DNA from: Patescibacteria group bacterium
GTDB taxonomy: Bacteria; Patescibacteriota; Minisyncoccia; Phycocordibacterales; PALSA-1337
Length of the DNA: 52,919 nucleotides
Assembly (NCBI GenBank): GCA_038064415.1
Contig: JBBTTD010000006.1
Coordinates: forward strand, 1 to 52,919
Direction of reading: 5' to 3'
Shown: positions 52,192 through 52,919 of the stretch, in pieces
How positions within the stretch are numbered: position 1 is the first letter of the stretch
Layout of the letters: each line of letters starts with the position of its first letter
Made by a program: the position numbers and the translations under genes
The notes under the pieces: model-generated
Told to the model about the DNA's origin: nothing
What the model saw: the letters and a program-made list of their open reading frames with translations, nothing else
Database searches by the model: none

Positions 52192-52359
52192 TGTTAATAA
52201 AACTGTGGATAACATTGTGGGTAATGGGTATAAAAGACAGAAAATATGGCTTATTATCGTAAAAATTTGTCCATAAAAGGTGTTTTTAGTGTGGATAGCC
52301 TTATTTATAGCCATTTATTAAAAACATCTATTTAAAAGTCATCGGAAGTGTGTTAATAA
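52192..52359. promoter_or_regulatory. Cluster of co-oriented DnaA-box-like 9-mers
   Basis: TGTTAATAA (52192), TGTGGATAA (52204), TGTGGGTAA (52216), TGTGGATAG (52290), TGTTAATAA (52351). Confidence 0.6.
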
Positions 52360-52366
52360 AATCTAA

Positions 52367-52744
52367 ATGCACAAAAGAGCTAAGGGAAATAAAGGTGAAG
52401 ACGTGGCTTGTAAATTCATTGAAAAGAATGGGTTTGAAATTATTGATCGTAATTATCAAAAGAAGTGGGGTGAGCTTGATATCGTCGCGACAAAGAATGG
52501 AGTTATTAATTTCTTTGAAGTTAAAAGTGTGACAGTTGATTTTTCTTTGAATTCTAATAGCCATAAACCAGAAGACAATATTGATGGATGGAAAGTTAAA
52601 CACCTACGAAGAATTATTGAGTCATATTTAGAAGAAAAGGGTGGGGGACTTGGCGTGGAGTTTAGTTTTCATGTTATTTGTGTTTTTCTGGACATGAATA
52701 CGCGAAGAGCTCGGGTAAAATGGATAAAAAACTTAATTTTGTGA
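52367..52744 (+). CDS. yraN: YraN family (UPF0102) PD-(D/E)XK nuclease
   Basis: G..GED.A..F....G..I..RNY...WGELDIVA, FFEVK motifs. Confidence 0.92.
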   Translation: MHKRAKGNKGEDVACKFIEKNGFEIIDRNYQKKWGELDIVATKNGVINFFEVKSVTVDFSLNSNSHKPEDNIDGWKVKHLRRIIESYLEEKGGGLGVEFSFHVICVFLDMNTRRARVKWIKNLIL

Positions 52745-52790
52745 AATTGTGTGCAGTTATATGAATGATATGCTACGATAGGTCAACAAA

Positions 52791-52863
52791 CGGAGCGTGG
52801 TGTAACGGCTAACATTCCTGTTTTGGGAACAGGCGACTCCGGGTTCGAATCCCGGCGCTCCGA
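52791..52863 (+). tRNA. tRNA-Pro(TGG), CCA not encoded
   Basis: CGGAGCG/CGCTCCG acceptor, CCTGT-TT TGG GA-ACAGG anticodon arm, GGTTCGAATCC. Confidence 0.95.
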
Positions 52864-52867
52864 CAAG

Positions 52868-52893
52868 TGAAATGGACCCCATAAAGTGGACAC
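52868..52893 (+). mobile_element. IS3-family-like terminal inverted repeat, copy 2 (element may continue beyond the window)
   Basis: TGAAATGGACCCCATAAAGTGGACAC; begins with TG; shares an 18-bp identical core with 51865-51890. Confidence 0.5.
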
Positions 52894-52919
52894 GGTCCGT
52901 TGGTTTCTTTTGTATAATT

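Noticed and set aside
1-52919. Alternative genetic code (UGA = Gly) as in Gracilibacteria/SR1
   Set aside because: Conserved genes are full length under code 11 and several end in TGA (mutM, polA, yraN).

Overview
A 52.9-kb origin-proximal chromosome segment from a reduced, AT-rich bacterium using standard code 11. Gene content (short YidC and YebC, PolA without a 3'-5' exonuclease, PrgI/VirB4/VirB6/pilin operon) points by inference to Patescibacteria (Parcubacteria-like CPR). It carries dnaA-dnaN with rpmH-rnpA-yidC and a likely oriC, repair and recombination genes (mutM, polA, holA-like, ruvB-yebC-ruvC, pcrA, comM, xer, xth, yraN), cell-wall enzymes, a PilB ATPase, an 11-gene T4SS-like operon, a DinJ/YafQ-type toxin-antitoxin pair, pnp/rpsO and four tRNAs. 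The main non-standard signal is a dispersed family of palindromic elements. Each has long near-perfect inverted arms (30-38 bp) whose sequence differs between copies, around a core with a fixed register: arm-N4-CGGAG-[stem1]-CGAG-N5/6-[stem2]-CGT-arm'. The core stems covary between copies. One intact copy is inserted in frame in pcrA and one decayed copy in frame in polA. Also seen: a shorter GAGGT-N3-ACCTC palindrome family, IS3-like ends exactly 4 nt downstream of two tRNAs, parS-like sites inside the CCA-enzyme gene, a second DnaA-box cluster, a candidate rod-like ncRNA upstream of ruvB, a DciA-like ORF after dnaN, and many apparently leaderless promoters. All family assignments come from recognising motifs by eye; no database searches were run.
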